A stretch of 63,631 nt of DNA from Trichinella spiralis (GCF_000181795.1 NW_003526940.1:2593502-2657132); one strand, 5' to 3'. Positions 50,475 through 62,582 are shown, counted from the first letter of the stretch. Notes: generated by a model not told the origin, from the sequence alone. A program made the numbers and translations.

Positions 50475-52700
50475 NNNNNNNNNNGTAGTTTTGCATTGGA
50501 ATGGCGCCAAAGTTTACGCTACATCTAGCAGAAGTTTTCGCTTATTCAGACGAAAACACAGCAACAAATAAAATAATCTCCACCATTAAACGCATGGTCT
50601 TCTGTGTTTTGCACTGACCATTCCCAAATTGCAAATCAATTTTCTATCTCAAGGATAATGCTTTTACACTGAAAGCAGTCAATAAATCTGTCAAAACCAT
50701 CATGATATTTTTTTCCATTTTGAATTTTAATCCACTTTTTTTTGAAATTTCTATAAAAATTTTATTTTTGCTTTTTATTTTAAGGATCGCTAGGAAAATA
50801 CTTTTACATTTCTCAATTCAATTTTATCACCAGTTAATTTAAAAAATATTTCAAAAAACTTTCAACTTGATATGCAAAAATTCAACTTTTCAAATGACAT
50901 CAAATATTGAAATATCGTTTATTTAACAGAAACATGTTACTTTACGATTTAAATTTCGCTGAAAATTTTTTTATCCAATCAATTGTTTATCCTCTAACAA
51001 AAATGATTAACATAAAATGAATTTTGCAATGAAAGCTAGCTAACATTGACATTTTATAATTTAAAAAACAGTTTGATTTGATTAAAAATATACAAAATTG
51101 CAACGAAACAGTCCTGCTTGGTCATTTCCTTAATTTACAGTTGCGAAGGTGATGATAATTATGGTTTTTTTACATGTCCATGTTATAAAATGGAAAAAAA
51201 AGAAATACAACTTATCTTTTGATATTTTAATAGAATATTCAAGTGGTCTTTTATAATATAAACTTGAAAATCAATTTTTTAGTTTGCTTTAAAATTTTAA
51301 ATTATTTTGATTTTGTTACTTTAAAACTGTTTAAATTTTATTTTCAAAAGCTACTTTATCTTTAATATCAATTTCAATTTTTTAAATAAATTTCAATGAA
51401 ACATCTATAATATTTAAAAATCAACTTAAAACATTGAAATGCACAAAGTGTTTTGTATTACGTGAGTGTAAATGCACTTACATCCCAATCTTGATATAAT
51501 AGTTTGCAAAGCAGTAAAAATGTTTTCAATATATGAAAATATTTTCAACGGATAAATTGTCGTCATCTGTCATTTAGAATATTTTAAATTTTAGCAAAAA
51601 TCATATTCTATATAAACGATAGTATATTCACATAACTTTAAAGCAGTGAATGTGAAAAGAATGTGTCAATCTCAGTGTTGTGCAGATATTATTTTAAAAT
51701 TGCAAAATTAAAATACTTATTATTTCTCGCTTGTGTTGTGCAACTGATTTTATGCATTTCAAAGCACAACAACAGATGCAGTGGGATAAAAATAAATTTT
51801 TCTGGTGGTTAGTGTTCAAGTTTGCTTTCGTTTTTATCAAAAGTGAAATTGGAAATGTACATTAGCAAAAGTAATCTGTAAGCATTGTATGTCGCATTAA
51901 TGATGTCAATCAGTTTTAATTAGCACAAGGTTGCCTTTGTCTGGTGTCTGAAAATTCCAGTGTCGCCTACGTTGAATATTTGTTGCGACGAAAATTTTCA
52001 AACAACCCACACATAATTTCCAACATATTATTTCTATTCGCTCCTCTACCATATATGTAGCAAATAATATTTTTTTTAATCACTGCTTGCACCCACGCTT
52101 TGCATTTGCTTACTTTCGAATAAAAATTGATGATAATTTTTGTTTTGTCGTAAATAAAAATCGCTAGCCAAAATGAAGATTATATATTCAATAAGTGGGA
52201 TATAACATGAAACTGTATCTGGTAATGAAATGACAGTTGCATCATTTCAACTGTTACTGTTTCAAATTGATCATTGCACATGCTGTTGTTGTAATAATTA
52301 TACACGATGCTGTCGATTTATGGAAATTTTCAAGATGAACAGCAATTTGAAAAGTTACTAATATATATGTCTCAGTGGCTTATTTTTCTCTTCCAAGAAA
52401 AATGATACGTTTCAGTTATTAGAACAATTCTACTAAAATTATATACTGGAAAAGATTATGAGAAAATTTTTTTAGACTGCATTGCAGGGAAGCAGTAATG
52501 ATTCCCCCTGGGTTTAAATTTGATTGGTTGCAAACAGAAGGAAATTATTTATGGACCCCGTTTGCTAAATAAATATTCTACGTTTCTGTCATTTTTAAAG
52601 TAACTGTTATTTATGCTTATGAATTTTTTTTGCATTTTCAAAATTCAGTATCCCCTTTGACGTGAACTGTACAAGTCAAATCATATTTCATCCAAAGTGA

Positions 52701-55700
52701 ATGAATATGTTGCTGCGGAATTGGATTTTCATTGCTCTTCACGTATGTGTGAAGTTTCAGATCGACGCTATAGGCTGCTGTGGATCTTTGACCAATGACA
52801 GCAGCATCAGTCAATCTGAAAAGCAAAAACCTTTCAAAGAAATTCTAGCAAGCATGGATCGCTTGCATCAGCTTTTAACCGTAAAGCGTATTGTTGAAGA
52901 ATTAAATATTCCACTACCTCTTCCAAATCATACCTCTCCGAAATATACTTCCCTAGCTCAAATAGCATTCCATGAAACTGTAGAAATTGGTCAATCTTCT
53001 TCAAATGGTCAGTCGTCAGTATCGGTCATAACGTTGGAAATAGCTGGAATTCCTACAGGTAAAATGATATTTTTCATTTATTATTATGAAACATCTTTCT
53101 CACTTCTTTTTTGACTTTTTGAAACAACCTTTTTGTGTTAAGTGTTTTTATTTGTCGATGAAATGCCGTTCTTTACTAAACATTTGGAAAATATTTTCTG
53201 AATTTTTAATATTACAAGCATAATTTTGAAAAACATTTCGGAAATGAAATAAGCATTTAAATATTGAAATGTAAAATTGAATTACATATCAATTGTGATA
53301 TTAAAAGTAAAAGTTTAACAGTTGAATTAAAATAAAAGTGAACAGGTCAAAAATTATGAAAATAATAATTTTATTATAACAAATTAGAACAAGGATTTTT
53401 TTATGCAAGATGAAAAATTTAACATATAACAAATTATTTAATATTGTTTTTAAATAAATGATATATCATATCATTTGAAAAAATTTGGTTATTTCAGTTA
53501 ATTTTCCAATATTATTTCAAATTTTTTGGAAAAATTTCTTTTCCAAATTTTTGACAATGTATGAGGATAATAAACCTGTAATTTTTGATATTTGGTTGGT
53601 TCGTTTCGGGATGACATGTTGAAAATGGTGAATAAGAAGAGCAAACAAGGTGCTTCTCAAGGTCATAACTAGCCAGTTTCTTGGAAATTTTTATTTTAAT
53701 GTTGTTTTCTGATATCGCTGTTTCAAAGAATAACTTTCTATTCATAAAATGTCTCTCTTACATAATGATAAACCATCAAAACAGTGTGAAATCCTTTTCA
53801 TGTCTAGTTTCAATGAATCACAATTCTCGGGGCAAAAAATTTTTGACATTACTTTCTAGGTCAATTAGTACGTTACGCCGAAATTTGAACATTAAGCTCA
53901 ACAATTCACAGATCAATTGTTTCATTCAGATGCGTTCACAAATGTCTTCTTCTTATTCATAATTTGTTTGCAACTTTTGCCAACGGACAGGACAATTTGT
54001 TCTTCAATTTATAACATCAACCAATTAAACTGAGGATACAAAAAAGATTTAATTTTGAATAATAATAAAATTTAAATATTTACTTTGATTACAAATAACA
54101 CAGATATGCTTGACTTCCTTTTTGAAAAAAAAGAGGTTATTTATTTTTGTCCAATAATTTAATAGTTGTTTGTATTGTTTCAAAATTTAAAAATTTTGAT
54201 AAAATAAAAAAATCTGTTAATATGAATTTTAAAATTTGAAGAAATAGAAAAAAAAAAGAAAGAAAAACACACTTGAACATCATCGAATATGTGAGTTTGG
54301 AATTTTGATTTGCAAGTTCAATTTAGCAACGTTTGAATGGATAGGTGTGAAATTGAAATTGATTTAATCTAAAAATCATGTTGATCATATTGAAAAATGA
54401 GCTTTTCTATTTTCAAATGAACTACTAATCAAAGATGGACAATTGAAAGGAATACTGTAATGAAAATTTGTTTTTAAACTTGTGGACAGTTAGTTGTTGT
54501 AGAAAATGATTCTGTTGAAGACCTGTAATTTTTGTAATTTTTTTAAACCAGAATAAATAAAAAGATGGAAATTTATTTTCCAAATTATTACAACTTTTTC
54601 CATTTCTGTGTTGTTGTTGTTGTTGTCAAATTTCCAACATCTGCTAGCAGAAGTTTGACAACACACACAGTCATTGTGACCTTTTTAATTTTGTTCAATC
54701 ATCATTACAATATCAAAAATATGCTACCTACTTATTGAAATTATTAATTAATTCAAATATCAGTATGTTTGTGCAAAAGTGAACGAGAGAGAAAGAATTA
54801 TTTAAAAGTTTTCATTTTGTAAAACAAAACAAATGTTTCGATAATAATTTATTGATAATGATGATGAATTAATTTTGTGTCAAATTGGAATGGACAACGA
54901 TTTTTTTTATAAAAATAAATATTTGTTTATTTTCATAATCTTAAATATTAAAATTGTTAAATACATAGATCCGTTGACAATGACTTTTCTTTTATTCAAT
55001 GATGTAAAAATTAAAACCAAAAAAAAAAAATAAAAGATCGATCAAATTTTCAATTCAAACAACAATTGTTGGAATATAAATTTGCATAAAAGTTTTCATT
55101 TCCAATACGCATCAATTGATTGTTCAGATGGGAATGACAAGTGGGTCGGATCGAACGACGATCACCACAATCATCACCATCACGACGAACTGCTCCATCA
55201 CAAAATTACGTTCAACATGTCCAGCTCGTATACGTCGAACAGCAGATTGGTCGCTGCGGAATTGGTCGTACCGCTGTTGCAGGGCCAGCAGCCTTGTCGA
55301 GCGCTTTTCGAACGGATCTCCTGGTCGGGATCGAACGGGACCGACCGAACGCGGACCAATCGAATCGACCGGTCCGCCTGCGAACCATTCAACGTCACTT
55401 TACCGTTGGTGGAATTGTGGACCAACTGGCCGGTGGGAATGACGACCGTATTCGACGTTGCCATACGAATTTTGGGCCACAAATTGCACGCTCGCAATTA
55501 CAAGCATTTGACACCAGTACTCCGTGTTCGAATACACCAAAACCATCAGCAAGTCGATTTCGGTTCCAGTCGACCGAAACGAAGCAAACAAATGGTCAAG
55601 TGGAACGCGAAGAAAAAACCCACAGCCAATCGATTCGACGTGGTCGACTGCGAAAAACAATGGGATGCGGCATTTTTGTCTTCGACATCGCCGGCCGTCT

Positions 55701-56041
55701 ACGACGATCTGATGCCCTGCTGCAGACGTCGATTTCGCATATCGTTCGACGAACTCGGCTGGGGCGATTGGGTTCTCGCACCCAAACAATTCCACTCTTA
55801 TTACTGTATCGGACGGTGTACTGGTTTCGGAGGAGAATTTCCCACTGACGGTGGTGCCGACGGATTCGCCTTCTATTCCGAATTGATGAACTTGTACCGA
55901 AGTACGGAAAAAAATTACATGAAACCGTGCTGTTCGCCGATTCAATTCGCACCGCTCACTATCGCCATTTGGCAAGGTCCCAACGAACAAGCTACACAAA
56001 CTCTCGACAATGTTGTCGTGACCAAATGCGGATGCATTTGA
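52701..56041 (+). CDS. TGF-beta superfamily ligand precursor (9-Cys, activin/TGF-beta-like pattern); exons 52701-53058 and 55128-56041, 423 aa
   Basis: Signal-like N-terminus, phase-1 splice (ACAG|GTAAAA ... TTCAG|AT), RPKR convertase site, and mature cystine-knot domain C...CCRRRFRISFDELGWGDWVLAPKQFHSYYCIGRC...PCCSP...VVTKCGC. Confidence 0.92.
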
Positions 56042-56159
56042 TAATTTCTTATACACTATTCACAATAAATATTTTCCTCTTTTCTTTCTTTTATTCTCAC
56101 ATCAATTGAACACAATATGAATAATAAACAAAAAATTACACTTTTCTCCTTTCGCATGT

Positions 56160-57302
56160 TCATTCGTTGTACATCTGCTTCCAAACGTATTCTTGCGCAT
56201 AATCCCGACCACTTAGATCACAACTTGCCGAACATGTATACACGCAAACCGTAGCCCAATCAATGCCGCCCGCTTCGACCGAATCCACATCCATCAAACT
56301 CAACAAATGGGGCATAATTTGAAATTCGAAACTACGATCCGCACCGCACAATTCGCATTTTGGAATTTCCACTGGAACATCTTTCCCTGCCCACAACGGT
56401 TCACCATTTCTTTCGTAACGAACGACCTGCAAATTGACAAAAAGTTCAAACCAAAAAATATTATTATTATTCTCTTGTTCTGTTCTCCTCATTCTCGCCT
56501 GTTTCGGATTTTGCTCTATTCGACTACTGAATCGCTTAAAGTCTTTATCCGGCATTTTCACCAAATCCGACAATTCTCCACCTTGCTCATTTTCCGCTTC
56601 CCAATTTTGTCCATATCCATTACGCGAACAAACATCCCGATATTCGTCCATACGTTCTTCCAACGGTCTCTCTTTCGTTTTCTCTTTTTCCCGGTACAAT
56701 TCCCTTTCGATCGTCAATCCCAGTTCGTGGAACAGCAACAATTGAACAGTATCGTCGTTTGCCGCCGAATCCACCACTTCACCTCCGCACTGCCGTTCGT
56801 GCACTGTCGACCAGTGGAACTGCCGATGCACTTTCGAACAATAATGCACCGCATGACACTGATCGCAAATTTCGTCACCATCAAGTCCGCACAAAATGCA
56901 CCTCTTCAAAGCCTCTCGTCTCACGCGTTCCACCGCCCGATCACCTTCGTCACTGTACGCTTTCAGCGGATAATTGTTGTAAAACGAATTTTCCCTGCCA
57001 AGTTGACTTCGGAATACTTTGATCGTCTCGCCGGTCGTACAAGCCCCATTCCAACAGTCGATTTGACGACAAATGAACACAAACAACGACCGATGGAAGG
57101 CGTGTTTCACGCCCGAATCCGGAGCGTACAATTGGAGCAAAAATACCATCGGCTGAGAACAGCCGCTGCACAGAACCCGCTCCGCGGTCGGGATGTTGGC
57201 CAAACTTAGCCAAGACGGTTTGCCGCCGAATTTGCTTGGAAAAAATGGACTCTCCAAAACGACACTATCCTGCTCTTCTGCATAGCCGAGTTCGACCGGC
57301 AT
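56160..57302 (-). CDS. pdcd-2: Programmed cell death protein 2 (PDCD2; zf-MYND plus PDCD2_C domain, uS5 chaperone family)
   Basis: MPVELGYAE, SKFGGKPSWL, FLLQLYAP, FHRSLFVFIC, MYND finger CILCG..CDQC..YCSKVHRQFHW..H..C, FEFQIMPHLL, IDWATVCVYTC. Probable 72-nt intron at 56427-56498. Confidence 0.93.
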   Translation of the reverse strand: MPVELGYAEEQDSVVLESPFFPSKFGGKPSWLSLANIPTAERVLCSGCSQPMVFLLQLYAPDSGVKHAFHRSLFVFICRQIDCWNGACTTGETIKVFRSQLGRENSFYNNYPLKAYSDEGDRAVERVRREALKRCILCGLDGDEICDQCHAVHYCSKVHRQFHWSTVHERQCGGEVVDSAANDDTVQLLLFHELGLTIERELYREKEKTKERPLEERMDEYRDVCSRNGYGQNWEAENEQGGELSDLVKMPDKDFKRFSSRIEQNPKQARMRRTEQENNNNIFWFELFVNLQVVRYERNGEPLWAGKDVPVEIPKCELCGADRSFEFQIMPHLLSLMDVDSVEAGGIDWATVCVYTCSASCDLSGRDYAQEYVWKQMYNE

Positions 57303-57894
57303 TGTCAATCAATTATATTAATTATACAAAGATAATATGATGATGATGATGATAATAGTAACAAATGGATTAATAAATTTTTAAAATTTTCCAACTTTTC
57401 TTTTTTTATTCTTTCTTTTCAAATTTGCTACTCTCCCGGTCGATTCTTTCTTCTCGGAAAGCGGCAATGATGAAAAGTATCAAAACAACGTGAACAATAA
57501 ATATTGCCAATATTGCAGAAAATGTCGTACTTTTCGAAGAATCGAAACCGAACAAATCTGCACAATTTTTTTTGTTCACCAAATTAAATCAACCGTAAGA
57601 AAAAAAAAAAGAAAATTACCTTCGAAAATGAAGCGCTTCGAAAAAAACATAGACCCAAGCGGCAGTACAATAATGGACAAACTGAAAATGACCAACTTTT
57701 TCAACGTGGTACGAACTTGTTGATCAGCAAAATTCGGTATAAATTCCTTCATTAGTCTAAAAATGAAAGAAAAACAAAATCTTTTTTTTTAATCCAAAAT
57801 AATTTCAATTTTAATATAAATACAGTTTATAGGTAATATTTCTCAAAGAAAAAAAAAGAATCGCGAAACAATCATCGGTAAAACAAAAATCTCT

Positions 57895-59841
57895 TCAAAA
57901 CCAGCACAATTTGCGACAATACATTTCTCCTCGACGAGTAAACGGCTCTATGAAGCCGATATATTCGAGATTGGCTAACATTCTGTAAAAGCTCGACAAA
58001 CGGGATTGGATATTTTTGTTTGAACGTGATTTCGATGACTGTGGTCGACATGCGACGTTGAACCAATGCTTGACGCTCAAATTTTCCGCCTGGTGGTCGA
58101 GTAGAACACGCAAAATTTTAGCCGCGTCCGTTTCGCCCAAATTCAATATACAATCTTGGATACTCGTCGATGCCGACGGGATGATCGACGAGTGTATCGC
58201 TTCGACTGAATTGCTGCCGTAAGCGATTTGGTAAAACAACAACGAAGAAACGTGACGCAAAAGATGAGACAATTGTTCCGACAATTCTTCGGACCATTTG
58301 TTCATCCGTGAACAAGTGGACGTTGAAATTTCAATGTAATTATGCAAAAGCTTCTTCCTCAACTGCTGAGAGCTGCACAAACCGTCCTCCACTAGTCGAC
58401 TACGCTCGCAGCTTGTCGACGCATCTTTTCGGCTTTTCTTCTGCTTCTCCTCTTCGAGCGAACAATTTTCCAAATTGTTCAACACATCCAACAAACTTTG
58501 CAAACGGTCGCATCCGTTGTTCGAGATTATCTCTTTACACTTGTCGACGGTCGACTGCAAAATATCCCTGTCGACGTTGGGCAACCAATCGAAAAATTGT
58601 TTCCATCTATTATTGTTCGAGTGGAAAAAATCTTCATCTTGAACCATGACCAACAACTGTCGTTGAGTCGTGGCGAACGGATGGCCGGGCACGCAAGTTG
58701 ACAAGCAGTGCAAGCAGCGCAAAGCGTCGCAAAATGCATTTCTGTAATTGAAAAATTCACGTCCCGCCCCGACAATCGCAGACTGCAAAGCGGCTTTAGA
58801 CGGCCTTTTCGACGGCAAAAAATTCGACAACTTCAAATCGGTAACCAAAGAAGCGAAATCTACCTCCTTCAGGCGCAGCATTGTGTTCTCAAATTCCGCA
58901 CTCGAAGCACAGAACAGACTGCACCGTTCGGTACGAAAATGTTCCAACATGCAAAATCGATACGTGCGAACAAGATTCGCCGCGGACGAATCCATCGACA
59001 GCACGTGACTTGTGAGTAATTTCATCGCGTCCGCTTTCAAAGAGAAAATTATCTTTTCTGAAAAGAACAAATTCAACATGAAACAGTCGAACGCATTCGT
59101 CGAAACTGCCGCACAATATTGGACAATGTTCAACTTTTCAATCACACTCGGATTCAACAAATCGCTGAAATAACTGATATCGTGAACATTGAAACAAATT
59201 ATTACTATGTTAATTTTTCTGAAAATCGCATAACAAGATTTCAGTATGTCGTTCAAATATTCCTCATCGAAACGATACGACTGGTCCAATATGATCACCG
59301 CTGGTTTCATACGTTTGCCCGCTTGGATTTTCTTTACCACAATATCCAAAACAACCGACAGGGTAGTTGTTGGATCAATCGCATCGTCTGCCAGGAAAGT
59401 TACCAAATGTTTGGCAATTTCTTCGAAAACGTCCACAATTTGCGTGTGAACAACAGAATCGAGTCGAATCACCGTTGAGCAATAATTTGATAAATACTTT
59501 TCCAAATTCATAAAAAACGAAACTGCAACGCACATGTCTTCGTCAAGTTGACAATAAAGAAACGGCATGAATGTTTTATTGTCTACACCGTTGAATGTCA
59601 AACCCGAATAAGCGTCACGAATGTTCGTTGCGATGAACTTTTCCAATGGCTCAGTGATGGATTTCAAGAACGATTCGTAAAGTTCATCCAAATCGGCCAA
59701 AGCTGTTTGATAAAGATGAAATCGTGTTTCCAACTCGCGCTTACTCGCGCCACGCGGCAGACAAGCATCGCAAAAAATGTCCTTCTCTCTCAATCGGCTG
59801 TGCTTACCAGGATAAAATTCCACACTGCTCAGCTCTGACAT
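57895..59841 (-). CDS. orc-3: Origin recognition complex subunit 3 (intronless, about 650 aa)
   Basis: Long uninterrupted ORF with PAVIILDQSYRFDEEYLNDIL, FCMLEHF and a winged-helix C-terminus FYRMLANLEYIGFIEP...CRKLCW that parallels the ORC3 consensus. First in-frame ATG (MSELSS) at 59841; the ORF track starts at a non-ATG codon at 59901. Confidence 0.82.
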   Translation of the reverse strand: MSELSSVEFYPGKHSRLREKDIFCDACLPRGASKRELETRFHLYQTALADLDELYESFLKSITEPLEKFIATNIRDAYSGLTFNGVDNKTFMPFLYCQLDEDMCVAVSFFMNLEKYLSNYCSTVIRLDSVVHTQIVDVFEEIAKHLVTFLADDAIDPTTTLSVVLDIVVKKIQAGKRMKPAVIILDQSYRFDEEYLNDILKSCYAIFRKINIVIICFNVHDISYFSDLLNPSVIEKLNIVQYCAAVSTNAFDCFMLNLFFSEKIIFSLKADAMKLLTSHVLSMDSSAANLVRTYRFCMLEHFRTERCSLFCASSAEFENTMLRLKEVDFASLVTDLKLSNFLPSKRPSKAALQSAIVGAGREFFNYRNAFCDALRCLHCLSTCVPGHPFATTQRQLLVMVQDEDFFHSNNNRWKQFFDWLPNVDRDILQSTVDKCKEIISNNGCDRLQSLLDVLNNLENCSLEEEKQKKSRKDASTSCERSRLVEDGLCSSQQLRKKLLHNYIEISTSTCSRMNKWSEELSEQLSHLLRHVSSLLFYQIAYGSNSVEAIHSSIIPSASTSIQDCILNLGETDAAKILRVLLDHQAENLSVKHWFNVACRPQSSKSRSNKNIQSRLSSFYRMLANLEYIGFIEPFTRRGEMYCRKLCWF

Positions 59842-60949
59842 TTCTCGCAACTTTGCAGCGTCAACTGGTGAATTTTGATCGCAAAACAAGGTCAAATCCA
59901 CTCAAACTATCGAAAACAATTTCCACCTACAGTCATTTATGAAAAGTTGGTATAATTCAGCTTACTGTAATATTCGAATCGGCACGTGTACAATAATGGC
60001 AAAAATTAAATTTTATTCATCATAAAACATAATATTTTATATTTTGAATTGTTTTTAAACAAAAATCAACGACATAAAGCACAAGTAAAGCATACTGTAC
60101 ATATTGCAAAAGATTGCAAAGCTACATAATTTTTTAATAATTCAATTTCAAAATAATGCATAAACATTTCATTTTGAAAAGATTTTCAAGTGCTTTCGCA
60201 GAACATTTTTTATAATTAGGGTTATTGGTTTTAACATGTTTGTAAACCAACGGTGGGTTTTACTTAACTGAAGGTAAATTTCTATTCGGGACAAACGTTT
60301 TCGACCCTTTTTGTTGGTTTGAGATTTATTTATTTATGATTCCAAATTATTTTATTATGATGTGATCTTATGTAATTGCTTTTATTGGCTGCTATGGGTC
60401 GAGATTGCATTAGTTGACAATTTCTAATATTACATTAGTTAATCCTTCTTACTCGTGAATAGCTACAATATTACAGGGGGGTAGACCCGATTTCCCAGCT
60501 GACTCCGCCTACTTTTTCGCAGCAAAATTTCATTGGTTGCGGCTCTGACGCGCGCCTCTAAATTTTATTTTTTGTCACTCCTCTACATTTTATTTGTCAA
60601 ATATTGTTTCTAACTTTTTGACTGTTTTATAATAATTCTGTTGCTCTCAGATTGAGAAAAGTAACAGAATGAATTTACGATGAAAAAAAAAACAATACAA
60701 TATAATACAGACTGGAGCAAAATGGCGTTTTTTTATAATGTATTAATGTAAATATCATCTATCGAAGAATATGGCGGTATTTTTGCTTCCATACTCATTG
60801 CAATGTTATGAATTTTACATAATAATGAGTTAAATGCGTAGGTCATGGTTTTATTTATTTAAGAAGACATTAATCAGACTATTTTTACATAGCACGGAAT
60901 CTCCTGATCTATCGTACTTCTACCGCTTTATTCAGCAGTACAAAGTATA

Positions 60950-61095
60950 ACATAGTATAATACAAAACAGTAATGTAACATTATATAATACAATACAATA
61001 CAAAACAATACAATATAATACAATACAAATGAACAATATAGTAAAACAAAACCACATACAATAGAAAAGCAATAAAAAACTACAAAAGTAAATAA
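60950..61095. repeat. Low-complexity (AATAC/AATAT)n-like degenerate repeat inside the MULE
   Basis: Runs of CAATA/AATAC units are visible and produce spurious C/I/V/L/Y ORFs. Confidence 0.7.
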
Positions 61096-61125
61096 ACAGT
61101 GAAGTTGTACAGGAAAGGCTGGCAC

Positions 61126-62582
61126 TCAATAATTCTCCTCCTCGGGTACTCGGTACGCCACAACTTTGAGAAACGGCTCCAATGTACGCGTACCGTCATC
61201 GTATTCTGCAGTCAACGCTGTTATGCGTTGCTGCAGTTCTTCATATTTCTTATTTTTTATCTGTAAATCATTGGAGGTAAGCGCGACCAGATGTCACCTG
61301 TTGAATCAACGTTTCCGTTGAACCCTGCTCATCAATCAGCAACTGGAGCAGTTCATAAAAGCCGATGTGCCGCTTCCCCGCAAGTCGGTTCATTTTGAAG
61401 TGCCAGTCTTCCAAATCATTGTTTGTGCGAATATTTACATTATACACATTCCACAGAGGCAGTCTGTCATAGGGCATCCATTCCATTCGGAAGTAATTGA
61501 ACAAGGCTGCTATTGAACCCGTAGCATCTCTGCCAAACAGATCCACAGCAGCAGCTACATCATGAAGCGGCAAAAAAGCCGTTGCCAGCAACATTTTGAC
61601 TTTTTTCTTCGTTGCTGCTTCATTGATGTAGCTGGTTCGCATCCCAAGATCCGTCACCTTCCGCAGAACTGCTTGGCAGAAACGGAAATAACAGCCTTGC
61701 ATGCTGACCCCTGGAAATGTCCCCTGCAGTGCAGGGATCAGGGCGGTCTCAAAATCGGAAATTACTGTTTGCAGCTGTAGGACCACACCTAACGTTGCCG
61801 CCTTTACAATTAAATTATCGAAAATTTCACGATACATGGAGAGATCTTTATGGACGGTTAAACAAGAAACATGTGGCACTAATTTACCAGCAATAAAAAC
61901 ATGGATGATGAACAATTTGCTGGTAACATTCTGGAACTATTTTGAAAGTTCCATCCATGGACCAGACAGAATGTTCAGATAAAATTGATAGATTTTCTTC
62001 TGTACAAAATATAAAAATGGAATTATGTGCATTATTATAGAATAAAAAGCGGCGATCAGACTTCGACATTCACCAGTGGGGTGGAATCTCCAGCTACTGG
62101 CGAGTTGGCGGAAGTCTTGGAAATTTTTGTGCCCGTTTTCTGTACATTGCCGTTTTAACACTTTTATACGTTGGAAACTGATCGGCAGTTTCCAAATCAG
62201 CAGATGCACTGCTTACTTCTTCGTGGTATATCTGCGGGACGGTCTTCATTTCCTCCGCTGCCCGTCGCTTGAGAGCATTCTTCTTCTCCATTTTATAAAG
62301 GATGTCATTGTCAGGGGTGCAATCATCTGCATGAGGATTACAATCCAAGACTGCGTCCACATCCAAGTTCGTGTGGATTGAACCCCGGCATCCTTTTTTA
62401 ACCTACATGATGAACTTGAATTGAATGAACAGAAATGAGATATTAGATAAAATATTAATTACCCGACGGCAAACCCACAGTTTATCTTGCATGTTCATAT
62501 GCTTCAAATTGTAAACTCTTCCTTCATGTACTAAATTGTAATTACCTCTTTCATTTAAAACCAAATGCAAATTTTCAGCCAT
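61126..62582 (-). pseudogene. Disrupted FLYWCH-MULE transposase
   Basis: FLYWCH-like N-terminus (LVHEGRVY..LWVCRR|VKKGCRG..NPH, intron about 62403-62462) and MULE motifs SMDGTF, ISDFE, GCYFRF, RTNNDLEDWH. Two in-frame stops near 62070-62096 and frameshifts near 61915 and 61280. Confidence 0.88.

Noticed and set aside
12685..56041. Convertase, TGF-beta ligand, peptide GPCR and kringle protein as one functional gene cluster
   Set aside because: BLI-4 could in principle cleave the RPKR site, but proximity in a compact eukaryotic genome is not evidence of a system. No shared regulation is visible, and it would need conserved synteny and co-expression.
55116..59942. Many long overlapping or antisense ORFs (55141-55848, 55400-56056, 56307-57209 and others)
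   Set aside because: Shadow frames of real GC-rich coding sequence with no recognisable motifs.
60928..61129. Hydrophobic Cys/Tyr-rich ORFs resembling membrane peptides
   Set aside because: Translations of a low-complexity AATAC-type repeat.
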